In this document: positions 27,569 through 36,890 of the stretch, piece by piece
Layout of the letters: every line of letters begins with the position of its first letter
Position numbering within the stretch: position 1 is the stretch's first letter
Position numbers and translations under genes: made by a program
The notes under the pieces: generated by a model
Seen by the model: only the letters and a program-made list of their open reading frames with translations
Told to the model about the DNA's origin: nothing
Databases searched by the model: none
Source: Elusimicrobiota bacterium
Lineage (GTDB): Bacteria > Elusimicrobiota > Elusimicrobia > UBA1565
NCBI GenBank assembly: GCA_043827405.1
Contig: JBDRPD010000091.1
Location: 1-42,417 of the forward strand
Reading direction: 5' to 3'
Length of the DNA stretch: 42,417 bases

Positions 27569-28480
27569 ATGGCAGCAGCAACCGCAAAATACACGGAGCT
27601 CCCGGAGGCGGCGCCTCTGGTCTACCTGTCGACGCATTTCGTCCAGGCCAAAGAATACCTCGACGCGATTTTCGACTCCACCTCCGACGCCATCATCACC
27701 ACGGATATGCGCGGCAACGTGATCTTCTTCAGCCCGGGCGCCGAAGAGATGCTCGGCCGGCGCAACAGCCAGGCCCTCGGGATGCCGGCCGCCCGCATCT
27801 ACAAGAACGGCCGCGCCGAAGCCGAAAAGATCATGCGACTGCTCCTTAAGCGGGGCAAGGTGGCCGATTTCGAGACCGAGTTCCTCACCAAGGACGGCAA
27901 GGTAGTCCCGGTCAGCATGTCGGTGGCGCTCCTGCGCGACCGCCGCGGACAGCTGATCGGCACGCTCGGCATTTCCAAGGACATCAGCCGCCGCGTCGAG
28001 CTTGAGCGCCAGCTGCGGGAGCTGTCGATCACCGACAATCTCACGGGGCTCTTCAACCAGCGCCACTGCCGCGAACGGCTGGAAGCGGAAGTCGAGCGCG
28101 CCAAGCGTCAAGGCACCGAGCTCTCGGTGCTGGTCATCGACCTGGACAATTTCAAGATCGCCAACGACAAGTGGGGGCACCTGGAAGGCGATCGCATCCT
28201 CAAAGGGGTGGCGGACATCCTGGGACAGTCCATCCGGCGCAGCGTCGACGCCGCCTTCCGCTACGGCGGCGACGAATTCGTCCTGGTCCTTCCCGGGCTG
28301 TGCCTGCGTACCGCACAGCTGGTCGCCCGCCGCATACGGCTCGCCGCCAAGAAAAAAGATTTCGCCTCGATCGTCGGCCTGTCCATCGGAACGGCGTCGC
28401 TGCGCGCGAAAGATTCCGCCTCCGACCTCCTGCGCCGGGCCGACAAGCGCATGTACGCGGCCAAGAACTGCCGGCGCTGA
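27569..28480 (+). CDS. PAS-GGDEF diguanylate cyclase
   Basis: PAS/PAC, TDNLTGLFN, DLDNFKIANDKWGHLEGD, I-site RSVD, intact YGGDEF. Confidence 0.94.
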   Translation: MAAATAKYTELPEAAPLVYLSTHFVQAKEYLDAIFDSTSDAIITTDMRGNVIFFSPGAEEMLGRRNSQALGMPAARIYKNGRAEAEKIMRLLLKRGKVADFETEFLTKDGKVVPVSMSVALLRDRRGQLIGTLGISKDISRRVELERQLRELSITDNLTGLFNQRHCRERLEAEVERAKRQGTELSVLVIDLDNFKIANDKWGHLEGDRILKGVADILGQSIRRSVDAAFRYGGDEFVLVLPGLCLRTAQLVARRIRLAAKKKDFASIVGLSIGTASLRAKDSASDLLRRADKRMYAAKNCRR

Positions 28481-28506
28481 CGCCGACATGCTATCATGCT
28501 TCCAGC

Positions 28507-29064
28507 ATGAGCAAGCCGGCCGCTAACAGCGAGAAATTTCATCCGCTTACCGCGCTGACGGACGCCGCCCGCCTGTTTTATAACCCCGTCGCCGTCCTGC
28601 GCAAGATTCCGCGCGAGGGCTCGCTGCGGCCGGAAACGCTGCGCATCCTCTACTGGGGAGTTCTGGCCGGCGCGCTGGACGCGCTGACGACGCTGCTGGG
28701 CCTGCGCGACGGCGCCAGCGGCGCGACCGACGCCGTCGGAACGGTAATACTGGGACCGATCTTTTTCCTGCTCATCGCCGCGGTGATAACGCCCTGCTAC
28801 CATCTGCTGGCGCTGGCGTCCGGTGCGCTGGGCACCCTAGCGGCGAGCTACCGCACGATCAGCACGCTGATCCCGCTGCTCGTGCTCGACATCCTGTTCG
28901 GCGGCAGCCTGTGGCTGCGGCTGCCGCTATTGGCATTCAAGTTCTTCCTGGGCGCGCTCGCCGCCGAGCATGTTCATGCGGCCCTGCGCACGCGCACGCG
29001 CGCCGTTTTCGCGACGGTGCTGTGCGCTCTGGCGGTACTGAATATCTGGACGGCCAGCCTTTAG
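28507..29064 (+). CDS. YIP1-like integral membrane protein
   Basis: About 5 TM helices and a LFYNP start motif. The upstream part of the 297-aa ORF is shadow of the GGDEF gene. Confidence 0.6.
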   Translation: MSKPAANSEKFHPLTALTDAARLFYNPVAVLRKIPREGSLRPETLRILYWGVLAGALDALTTLLGLRDGASGATDAVGTVILGPIFFLLIAAVITPCYHLLALASGALGTLAASYRTISTLIPLLVLDILFGGSLWLRLPLLAFKFFLGALAAEHVHAALRTRTRAVFATVLCALAVLNIWTASL

Positions 29065-29504
29065 CGGCCGCTGCTGCCGAAGCCGCCCCGGCCGCGGCCG
29101 GTTCGGTCCAGACGCTTCCGCTCGCGCACCTGAGGCACGGCGATGGGGACCACAAGCAGCTGCGCCACGCGGTCGCCCTTGCGCAGCGTGAAAGTTTCCT
29201 TGGAGATGTTCCACAGCAGGACGCTGACCTCGCCCCGGTAGCCGGCGTCGATAATGCCGCCGGCGGTCTTAAGCCCCTTCTTGGCCAGCGAGGAGCGATC
29301 GGCGATAAGTCCCACATGTCCGGGCGCGACGGCGACGGCGATGCCGGTCGCCACGAGACCGCCCTGCCCCGGACGAAAGTCGAGGGTCTTGGTCGCGTAC
29401 AGGTCCAATCCGGCGTCGTCGGCATGCGCGCGCGTGGGCAGAAGAGAGCTTGGGGTGAGACGACGCACAGGAAGGACATCCGGGGGGTTTCGCTGTTTTT
29501 TCAT
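29061..29504 (-). CDS. dut: dUTP diphosphatase
   Basis: All five motifs: AGLDL, RSSLA, GIIDAGYRGE, RVAQL, RGRGGFGSSG. Confidence 0.95.
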   Translation of the reverse strand: MKKQRNPPDVLPVRRLTPSSLLPTRAHADDAGLDLYATKTLDFRPGQGGLVATGIAVAVAPGHVGLIADRSSLAKKGLKTAGGIIDAGYRGEVSVLLWNISKETFTLRKGDRVAQLLVVPIAVPQVRERKRLDRTGRGRGGFGSSGR

Positions 29505-29584
29505 GATCGAGGCTATTTTCGAACATTTTCCCCGCCGAGTCAAAGCCCCCTGGACAAATCAAATAAACCGCTTATCCTAAGGGC

Positions 29585-30898
29585 ATGAGCCGTTCGCAGC
29601 GCTTACCGCTCGCGGCGGGGTTCGCTTTACTGCTCGCCGTTCAGTCCCTGACAGCGGCCGAGCCGAAAGCCGGCGTGCTGCAGTCCCTGTCGCGGCACGC
29701 CGACGGCGGCGCGGCCTCCGGCATCCTGCAGCGCCGCGAGCTCAGCTTCGAACAGAAAGTGGAGAAGCTGGTCGGCTCGATCCCCGACAAAAACCGCTCC
29801 GCCGCCCTCGCCGGCATCCGCGAAATTGAGCAGCGCCTGCGGGAAAGCGCCGGGGATAAGCCGCTGCCGGCCGACGCCCTGAGCGCGCTCGGCACGGCCT
29901 ACCTGCAGCTCGGCCAAAAGGACAAGGCAATGCAGCTGGCCGCCAACGCCGTCTCCCGCCACGCCGGCGATCCCCAGGCCCACCGGCTGGCCGCGCAGGT
30001 GCTCGCCGCCATGGGCGATGAGGATGCGGCGCGCAAAGAGGCGCGGGCGGCGGTCGACAACAGCCCGCACGGCTCATCGCTCAAGGGGAGCAACGTCGCG
30101 CTGCTGAAATCGCTTTCCGCCGGCGCGCCGAGCCCGTCCCCCGCGGCGGCGGCGCCGGACGCGTCGCGGGACCCGTCGCTCAACGACGTGCAGGTCCGGA
30201 AGATAGACGACGCCTTGGTCATCTTGTGGAACACGAAAGAGGGCCGCAAAGCGATCGTCGCCGTCGCTCCGCAGACCAAGAACGCGGTCGATCTCGAACA
30301 GCTTCGCCGTCAACTCTACGAGGGCGGCGACAAGAAAGTGAAGTTCAAGCTGGCGGGCAGCGGCGAGGTGAAGCAGGGGCGGCATGCGGAAACCCGCGCC
30401 GCCCGCGACGGCGATGCCGAGATCACCCACGTCATCCTGCTGACGCCGGAGACGCTCAAGAACCCCAAGGAAGTCCTGTCGCCCCTCATCGGCGAAAAGC
30501 TCGACAACGTGGCTTTCTGGGATCAGCTCAGCGAGAGCATGCGGGATCTCAAGGGACGCCTGACGCGGCTCTATATCAAGCTGGAACAGAAGGCGCTGGG
30601 CTACTGGCAGGAAGCGAACACATTGCTCGGCCAAGAGATTCGCATGGACGAGACCATAATGGCCGGGAACCTGGCCGCGGCCAAGGTGGAGACCAAGACA
30701 CACGGAGAGGCCGCTCCCCGCATGGTCCATATGCTGAAAAGCGCCGAGTCCCGGGGCGGCCTGCAGGACGTCTATCTATTCCAGCGCTATCTCAACACCG
30801 AAGCCCAGTTCGAGGGGACGCGGCTGCAGGCCGATTTCAAGAACGATAAGGCGGCGCTGGACAACCTGCACGCGGAGGTCCAGAAGCGCCCGCGCTAG
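29585..30898 (+). CDS. Secreted TPR-containing protein with unknown C-terminal domain
   Basis: Signal peptide and TPR (ALSALGTAYLQLGQKDKA; AHRLAAQVLAAMGDEDAA). TGGACA-16-TATCCT lies 6 nt upstream. Confidence 0.7.
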   Translation: MSRSQRLPLAAGFALLLAVQSLTAAEPKAGVLQSLSRHADGGAASGILQRRELSFEQKVEKLVGSIPDKNRSAALAGIREIEQRLRESAGDKPLPADALSALGTAYLQLGQKDKAMQLAANAVSRHAGDPQAHRLAAQVLAAMGDEDAARKEARAAVDNSPHGSSLKGSNVALLKSLSAGAPSPSPAAAAPDASRDPSLNDVQVRKIDDALVILWNTKEGRKAIVAVAPQTKNAVDLEQLRRQLYEGGDKKVKFKLAGSGEVKQGRHAETRAARDGDAEITHVILLTPETLKNPKEVLSPLIGEKLDNVAFWDQLSESMRDLKGRLTRLYIKLEQKALGYWQEANTLLGQEIRMDETIMAGNLAAAKVETKTHGEAAPRMVHMLKSAESRGGLQDVYLFQRYLNTEAQFEGTRLQADFKNDKAALDNLHAEVQKRPR

Positions 30899-30915
30899 GG
30901 CGCCGCGCCAAAGCC

Positions 30916-31476
30916 ATGCCGAACAAACAAACGCCGGCGGTCCTTTTTTTTGTGTTCTGCATTCTGCTCGCCGTCGCGCTCATCGCCTCCCGGAAGGCCG
31001 GCGCGCCGCCGGCCGACAGACCCGGTCCCGCGGCGGACAGCCTGCCGGACGGCTGGGAAACCTACGAGGATGACGTCATCCGCTTCCCCCGGCCGCGAGA
31101 CTGGATCGTCGACGCCGAAGCGGATGAGCGGCAGCAGACCTGGCACTTCGGTCCGGACACCTATCTCGGAGCCTTCTCAATTATCGGCCGGGAAGAGAAC
31201 CGCACGCTGCCCGCCATCTACGAGCAATACCGGAGCGAAGCGGCCGCGGACGCGGTGCGGTCCTGGAGCCGTCCGCAAAAGCTGAAGCTGCGCCGCGCCG
31301 ACTGCCTGGGCTACACCACCTTTCGCGCCATGGAGGCCTTGTGCTATAACATGAAAGGGCAGTACTTCGAGCTGGGAACGAATTTGCCCCGCAGCCCGCA
31401 GCTGGGCGAGACGCCGGAAAATCAGATGAACAGACAGCATTTCGACCGCATCCTGCGCCGCATAGAGTTCAAATAA
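30916..31476 (+). CDS. Membrane-anchored/exported hypothetical protein (PsbP-like fold possible)
   Basis: N-terminal TM, W.TY....RFPRPRDW pattern and C-terminal FDRILRRIEFK. Confidence 0.6.
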   Translation: MPNKQTPAVLFFVFCILLAVALIASRKAGAPPADRPGPAADSLPDGWETYEDDVIRFPRPRDWIVDAEADERQQTWHFGPDTYLGAFSIIGREENRTLPAIYEQYRSEAAADAVRSWSRPQKLKLRRADCLGYTTFRAMEALCYNMKGQYFELGTNLPRSPQLGETPENQMNRQHFDRILRRIEFK

Positions 31477-31880
31477 TGGCCGCCGAGCAAAGCATCACCT
31501 ACGTCGACAATCAGGGGAAGACCCACGAGGTCGGCTCCATCGGCGAAGTGCCGCAGAAGTACATCCGCAGCATGGTCATCATCGGCGCGGAGCCGGCGGC
31601 CGAAACGCGGGAGGAACTGCCCGCCAAACAGCCCGGAGCCGCCCCGACCGGCAGCGGAATGCCGGGCGCACCGGAGAGCATGCATGCGCCGCTGCTCGCC
31701 GTCGCCGCGGTGCTCCTGATCCTCGTCGTCCGCAGCAAGTCCTTTTTCCTGCGGGTGTCGGCCTTTCTCGTGGCGGGCGCCATCGGCTTCTACTCCCTCT
31801 ATACCTGGATGGAGGGCAGCGGCCTGCTCACCACGGCCGAGAAAAAAACCCGGCGCGTAGAAGCCCCCCAGGAAGAATAG
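31476..31880 (+). CDS. Small membrane protein
   Basis: TAATG coupling to the upstream gene, YVDNQGKTHEV...VPQKY N-domain and two TM helices. Confidence 0.65.
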   Translation: MAAEQSITYVDNQGKTHEVGSIGEVPQKYIRSMVIIGAEPAAETREELPAKQPGAAPTGSGMPGAPESMHAPLLAVAAVLLILVVRSKSFFLRVSAFLVAGAIGFYSLYTWMEGSGLLTTAEKKTRRVEAPQEE

Positions 31881-31888
31881 CGGGGAGG

Positions 31889-32527
31889 CTACCCCGCGGA
31901 CGGTTCGCCGCCGTCGAGGCGCTCCTGAATACTCCGGCACAGCTGCTCCAGCGCCGCGACCCGCTGCTCCAGCCTGCTCATGCGGTCCGGCTGCGCAGGA
32001 GCGGAGACCGCCGCCGCGGGCGCATCGGGAGCGCCGCCGGTAAACAGCTGCCGGTAGCGCGTTTCCTTCCTCCCGGGCTGTTTCGGCAGACGGGCGATGA
32101 ACGGCCCGTCAGGGCGCGCCGCCAGATCCTGCAGCAGGCTCTCGACCTCGCCCGCGTTGGCGAAGGTGCACATTCGGTCGGTACGCGCCTTAAGCTCGCC
32201 GGCCGTCTGCGGACCGCGCAGCAGCAGCACGCAGACGATGCCCGCGACCCGCGGGTCGCCGCCGTCGAACAGGCGGTCGACATGGTGCAGAAATTTCGGG
32301 ACACGGCTGCCGGAACGGCGCTCCGCCAAGTCCTTCTCGATGAGCGTGGCGACGCTCCGGCCGAGAGCGTCGATATCCAGGTTCATCACCGGGTCACGGC
32401 TGGTCTTCTGGTTGCAGGCGTTGAGCAGGGCGTTAAACGACAGCGGATACTGCTCCGGCGTCGTGATCGACTTCTCCACCAGCGCGCCCAAAATCCGCGC
32501 TTCAATTGCGTCCAGTTCGATCAGCAT
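31889..32527 (-). CDS. yceH: YceH/DUF480 family protein
   Basis: EARILGALVEK..TTPEQYPLS.NAL..ACNQKTSRDPVM, LLLRGPQTAGELKART, PGRKETRY. Confidence 0.92.
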   Translation of the reverse strand: MLIELDAIEARILGALVEKSITTPEQYPLSFNALLNACNQKTSRDPVMNLDIDALGRSVATLIEKDLAERRSGSRVPKFLHHVDRLFDGGDPRVAGIVCVLLLRGPQTAGELKARTDRMCTFANAGEVESLLQDLAARPDGPFIARLPKQPGRKETRYRQLFTGGAPDAPAAAVSAPAQPDRMSRLEQRVAALEQLCRSIQERLDGGEPSAG

Positions 32528-32534
32528 ACGGCGC

Positions 32535-32804
32535 TCACACCGGCATATTGCGGCCGACCGCGGCGAACGGCGCCTGAATGACCAGGTACATCACGTCCCG
32601 TCCGGCGGGTGAGTTCTCATCCATCTGCAGCGACAGCAGACCGTTGGACCAGCTGACCAGACGGACATGCTCCTTGGTCAGCCACTCGTAAATCTTGTTG
32701 CCGGCGGCGTCGGTGTGCTCGGACCACACCACGGACATGTGCCAGGGGATCGTCTTGGGATCGATAGTCGATTGAATCTCGGGAAATGCCTGATTGGGGA
32801 TCAT
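32535..32804 (-). CDS. Small hypothetical protein
   Basis: Coupled to the upstream gene (TAATG) and 7 nt from yceH. Globular composition. Confidence 0.6.
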   Translation of the reverse strand: MIPNQAFPEIQSTIDPKTIPWHMSVVWSEHTDAAGNKIYEWLTKEHVRLVSWSNGLLSLQMDENSPAGRDVMYLVIQAPFAAVGRNMPV

Positions 32805-33370
32805 TAGAGTTTCCTTGTACTGCGTGGTCTATGCTGGAACAGGACATAACCTACACAAAAAAAGAAAAAAGAGATGCTCAAACTGATCTGGATGCCGATG
32901 CCTTCGTCGCTCTGCCAGAAGCCGAGCTCCTTCTCATGGCTGACCTCATAGGCGTTCATGAACTGCCGGACTTCCTGGACTTCGCCGGCCCCGCTCTTGC
33001 CGCGGCCGCTCACGTCGCGCATTATGCGCCGTCCCTTGGAGCTGGTACGCACCCGGGCGTCGGTCTTGGCGAAACCGCGTGAGGGGTCCACCGGAGCCGA
33101 CAGACGGACGGCCGACGGCTGGCCGGGCAGGCCGTCATCTTCATCCATCGCGGGCTGTCCCGTATAGTCCTTGGCATTCTTGAGCAGGCTCTTTCCGGTC
33201 GCCGTCATGCCCGGCATATACAACCGGTACGCCCGCAGCAGCGCGGCGCGCTGCATCCAGGCGAACGACATGGTGGCGGCGAAAACAGCGGCCAACAGCC
33301 AAAACCACAACGATGCCCACCAAGGCTTGATGGGCGGCTCTTCCGGCGCGGGAACGTTCATTTCAGGCAC
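32804..33370 (-). CDS. Hypothetical protein with two TM segments
   Basis: N-terminal WWASLWFWLLAAVFAA and a C-terminal hydrophobic segment. First gene after the AT-rich divergent region. Confidence 0.6.
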   Translation of the reverse strand: MPEMNVPAPEEPPIKPWWASLWFWLLAAVFAATMSFAWMQRAALLRAYRLYMPGMTATGKSLLKNAKDYTGQPAMDEDDGLPGQPSAVRLSAPVDPSRGFAKTDARVRTSSKGRRIMRDVSGRGKSGAGEVQEVRQFMNAYEVSHEKELGFWQSDEGIGIQISLSISFFFFCVGYVLFQHRPRSTRKL

Positions 33371-33472
33371 TTAATTTCCTATTCACGTATTTTTAATACT
33401 TTATCTTATTTTTCATTTTAAATATAAAGCAAATAGGCCTTGCGAAGGGTCTGAACGGGCTTTATATTATTA
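33371..33472. promoter_or_regulatory. AT-rich divergent promoter region
   Basis: Strongly A/T-rich relative to the GC-rich window, lies between divergent genes and has several TANNNT hexamers. Confidence 0.55.
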
Positions 33473-34831
33473 ATGATGAATGATCCTCCCAAGAAGGAAA
33501 AAAAGGAGGACGGACCGCTATTCATAGGTTCCGCCCTCGCAAAATCGAAGCCGATATCTTCTGTCCCCCCCAAGGACGCGAGCGGGGGCGGGATGGAGGA
33601 ACTTGTCATTAAACCCGCCGCGCCGGCGGACGACGGCGGGAAGGAAGAACTCGCTGCCGCCCCCCCGCCCGCAGTCAAAGAAGAGAAAAAAGCGGCGCCC
33701 TTACCCGCATCCGGCGTCGGCGACAAGCTGCGCGCGACGTTCTCGCGCCCAAAGCGGACATATAAAGATGAGCTAAAAGAGGTCCTGGCGGCGAAGGAAG
33801 AAAAGCCCGCCGCGCTCGCGCAGTGGAGCAAAAAGAGCTTCGCCGATGCCCCCGAGATCGGCGCCGTCGCCGCCGGCGGGAATCCCGCACAATACGGCGC
33901 CGCGGCGAAGCTGAAAGGCTTCATGCACCGCCACCCCCTGCTCTCCATTTCGGTGATCCTCATCGCTCTCGGCATCGCCGTCGTCGATATTCTGGTTCTG
34001 ACCCGCCATCTGAGTATGGGACGGCTGCGAGCCATCGCGTTCGGCGGCGACACGCGTCCGGTCATCCCCGCCGCGCCCATGGACAGCCGCGACAGCGGCC
34101 TGAGCCTGCTCGAGCGGGGCCTGTACGCCGAGGGCGAAAAGACCGATGCCGGGACCGCCTCGGCCATCCAGGGGACCAACCAGCTGGCGGGCGGCCTCAG
34201 GCCGGCGGGACTGCCCGCCGGGCTCGGCGGCATCGCGAACCCGGAAGACGAAGATGACAAAAAGAAACTCAAGATGCTGGGCAGCATTTCACTGGACGCC
34301 AGCGGCATGGACACCAGCGGCTCCGTTTCCAACATGGGGCGCACCCAGATCAAGAAGTCCGAACAGGACGACTTCACGCCCTACGGCGGCTCCGCGCCGG
34401 GCGACGTCAAGACGGCGAAGGCACCGACCGGCGTCTACTTCGGCGACGCGGGCGAGAACCTGGATAATTTCGCGGATGTCGGCGGCGTCCGCAATTCGGG
34501 CAACGGCGCGGTCAAGGCCGTGGACAACTCCGAGTTTCCGACCGTCCCCGAAGGCCTGCGGGGCGCCGAGCTGGTCAAGTCCATGGTCGGCGACGATCTG
34601 ATGCAGGAGATGAAGAACTACGCCAAAGAAGGCACCTGGCGGATGCGCCGGGCGCCCGGAGCCAAGCAGAACGTTCCGGGCCTGCCGGCCGACGGGATGG
34701 CGGGCAGCTTCGCCGCCAGCCAGCTGCTGGAAACCAAGCGGCTGACCGACCGGGCCCTCAACTGCCCGACGTGCAAGAACGAGGACCGGATCAACCTGAA
34801 CCGCGCGACGTTTTATGGCGAGAAATACTAG
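33473..34831 (+). CDS. Single-TM low-complexity hypothetical protein with C-terminal CxxC
   Basis: Charged N-terminus, TM (LLSISVILIALGIAVVDILVL), Gly/Asp-rich region and NCPTCK. Confidence 0.65.
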   Translation: MMNDPPKKEKKEDGPLFIGSALAKSKPISSVPPKDASGGGMEELVIKPAAPADDGGKEELAAAPPPAVKEEKKAAPLPASGVGDKLRATFSRPKRTYKDELKEVLAAKEEKPAALAQWSKKSFADAPEIGAVAAGGNPAQYGAAAKLKGFMHRHPLLSISVILIALGIAVVDILVLTRHLSMGRLRAIAFGGDTRPVIPAAPMDSRDSGLSLLERGLYAEGEKTDAGTASAIQGTNQLAGGLRPAGLPAGLGGIANPEDEDDKKKLKMLGSISLDASGMDTSGSVSNMGRTQIKKSEQDDFTPYGGSAPGDVKTAKAPTGVYFGDAGENLDNFADVGGVRNSGNGAVKAVDNSEFPTVPEGLRGAELVKSMVGDDLMQEMKNYAKEGTWRMRRAPGAKQNVPGLPADGMAGSFAASQLLETKRLTDRALNCPTCKNEDRINLNRATFYGEKY

Positions 34832-35900
34832 GCGCGGGAGGAACGACCGGGGACAGATTCTGATCCCCGCGCTTTTCGTCCTGCCGTCGCTGGTACTGAT
34901 CGTAATCCTCCTGGTGGAGACGGGGAACCTGTCGCGCGCCAAGATCCGCCAGCAGTTCGCCCTCGACGCGGCCGCCACCGTCGAGATGGAGCTTTATACC
35001 GACACCCTCAACCGCCTCGCCTACCTCAACGGCGTCTTCCCCGACCGCATCTTCCGCGAAGTCTACGGCCTGGCCAATACCCATTACGGCGGTTCGGGGC
35101 TCTATCCCAGCGCGGTCGAAGAGTGGGAGGAAAAAGACGAAGTCTGGCCGATACGCTACGCCGGCTTCCGCTCCTACGCCAATACTCCGAACCCGCCCCT
35201 TAATTTCGGCATCCTGCACACGCATATGCCGGGCGGCGGCCTGGTCACCCTTGATCATGCCAGCAAAATGGCCGTCGACTATATCCAGGTCTACCGTTGG
35301 CTGGGCAATGTCGCCACCTCGCAAAAACTGGTCTTCGAACATACCGTGCGCGATCACGGAATGCTGCGAAAATCGATGTATATGAACCTGCGCGAAAACG
35401 AGCAGGGAAGCTCGTTAAGCGCCTGCGCCTCCGGCGAAGACAGCTGCGGCAACGACTCGGCGAGCGACTTTCTCGACATCGACATCCGGATGCACTACCT
35501 GTCCGGCTTTAAGCACTGTCCGGTCATTGTCCCCGTGGGCGGGACCACCCTCGTCGGCGAGCTCGCCGGCGCCTTCAGCTTCACCGGCTCCGGCCTATGG
35601 CAGCTGGCCACCGTACCGCCCAGCCAGATCGCGGAACTGGAGCGGGGCTATGTCGTGAAGCATCACTGGGAGCCGCCGCGCAACTTCTTCCGGGTCAACT
35701 TTGTGGAAGAGGAAAAACAGGACGTCTACAAGAAAGACACCGGCAATATCGAGGATTACCAAGCCAGCAATGCGGGATATAAAGTCGTGTTCAAAGACTC
35801 GCAGACCGGCGGCCCCTATGTCCGCGCCCGCGTCAGCTCGTCGGGCGGGCGCGTATGGCCGGACACCACGCCGAACTACCGCACCCGCCTGCACCCCTAA
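34815..35900 (+). CDS. Tad/Flp-type pseudopilin-like protein
   Basis: Class III-like leader RRGRNDRG|QILIPALF..., followed by ETGNL...KIRQQFALDAAA, typical of the Tad N-terminus. Confidence 0.7.
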   Translation: MARNTRRGRNDRGQILIPALFVLPSLVLIVILLVETGNLSRAKIRQQFALDAAATVEMELYTDTLNRLAYLNGVFPDRIFREVYGLANTHYGGSGLYPSAVEEWEEKDEVWPIRYAGFRSYANTPNPPLNFGILHTHMPGGGLVTLDHASKMAVDYIQVYRWLGNVATSQKLVFEHTVRDHGMLRKSMYMNLRENEQGSSLSACASGEDSCGNDSASDFLDIDIRMHYLSGFKHCPVIVPVGGTTLVGELAGAFSFTGSGLWQLATVPPSQIAELERGYVVKHHWEPPRNFFRVNFVEEEKQDVYKKDTGNIEDYQASNAGYKVVFKDSQTGGPYVRARVSSSGGRVWPDTTPNYRTRLHP

Positions 35901-36002
35901 CGCAACGGCAAACGGCCGTTGATCGACGCCGTTGACGCGAATCAATCCGCTCACTGGACAGCGGTCATATGCCGCCCGCTGGCGGCGCGTTATACTGTGG
36001 CT

Positions 36003-36839
36003 ATGAAAATTACCTCGATCGCTTTTTCCACGTTCCTCTTCGCCGCCGGCGGCGCCTCCGCCGCCACCCCCGATCTCATGCCGCAGGCGCAAAGCCTCGG
36101 CGGCCTCTTTGACTCCGGCCTCGGCTTCCGGAGCGGCACCATGATCCCCGCGCCCTTCAGCGAAGGCCGCTGGGGCGCGGCGCCCCGCATCGAAAGCTCG
36201 GGCGCTAAAGACGGCCGGATGCAGTACCGCGACGCCCTCGACATTGAAGCCTGCCATTTCATCGACGCCCAGTATTTCCGCCAGCCGACTCTCGAAGAGG
36301 CCGCCGCCGCCCTCAAGAGCTGCCTGGCGGCCGTGGCGCAGAAATACCGCACGACCGTCGCCGTCTCGCAAAACGACAAGGAACTGGTCATCGTCGTCAG
36401 CGGCATCCTCCCCGCCGGCAGCACCGTCGCCGCCGATCTGCGCCAGGCGCTGGAAATGCGCCAGGGCCGGCTGTTCGGCCATAGCGCGCGGGTTGTGCGC
36501 CTGACGGCGACCTCCCGCGAGCGCAAGATGAGCTCGCTGCAGTTTGTCGTCGACCGCTGCCCGACGACCAAAATGGTCCATACCATCCGCTCCAGCGGCG
36601 ATTTTCTCGGCATCTACGGCGGCTGCATCCGGCAGGCCACGGGCCTTGAGATCATGGCCGTGGTGGCGCATCCGACCGAATCCCGCTCGATCGTCGTCTA
36701 CAGCAAGGACCAGAAGGATACGATCGCGGAGATGAACGGCGTCATCCAAATCCCGGCGGACAACGGCCCGGTCCGCATCCAGGTCAGCGCCTTTCAGGAA
36801 GTCCTCAGCTCAGCCCTCGTCCCGGCCGCCCGCCGCTAA
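36003..36839 (+). CDS. Secreted hypothetical protein with two Cys-pair modules
   Basis: Signal peptide from ATG 36003 (TATACT 6 nt upstream), with C-x22-C and C-x21-C. Confidence 0.65.
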   Translation: MKITSIAFSTFLFAAGGASAATPDLMPQAQSLGGLFDSGLGFRSGTMIPAPFSEGRWGAAPRIESSGAKDGRMQYRDALDIEACHFIDAQYFRQPTLEEAAAALKSCLAAVAQKYRTTVAVSQNDKELVIVVSGILPAGSTVAADLRQALEMRQGRLFGHSARVVRLTATSRERKMSSLQFVVDRCPTTKMVHTIRSSGDFLGIYGGCIRQATGLEIMAVVAHPTESRSIVVYSKDQKDTIAEMNGVIQIPADNGPVRIQVSAFQEVLSSALVPAARR

Positions 36840-36890
36840 CCGGCGACGAAGATATCGACAAAGCCTGCCCAGGCTTGTATCATCGTCTCT

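Noticed and set aside
1..29504. SMUG1 and dUTPase as a linked uracil-defence system
   Set aside because: They are 29 kb apart in unrelated operons. Ordinary housekeeping.
32850..32875. A-rich homopolymer tract as a possible frameshift or phase-variation site
   Set aside because: Reads in frame as a Phe-rich TM segment, and the ORF ends in normal TAATG coupling.
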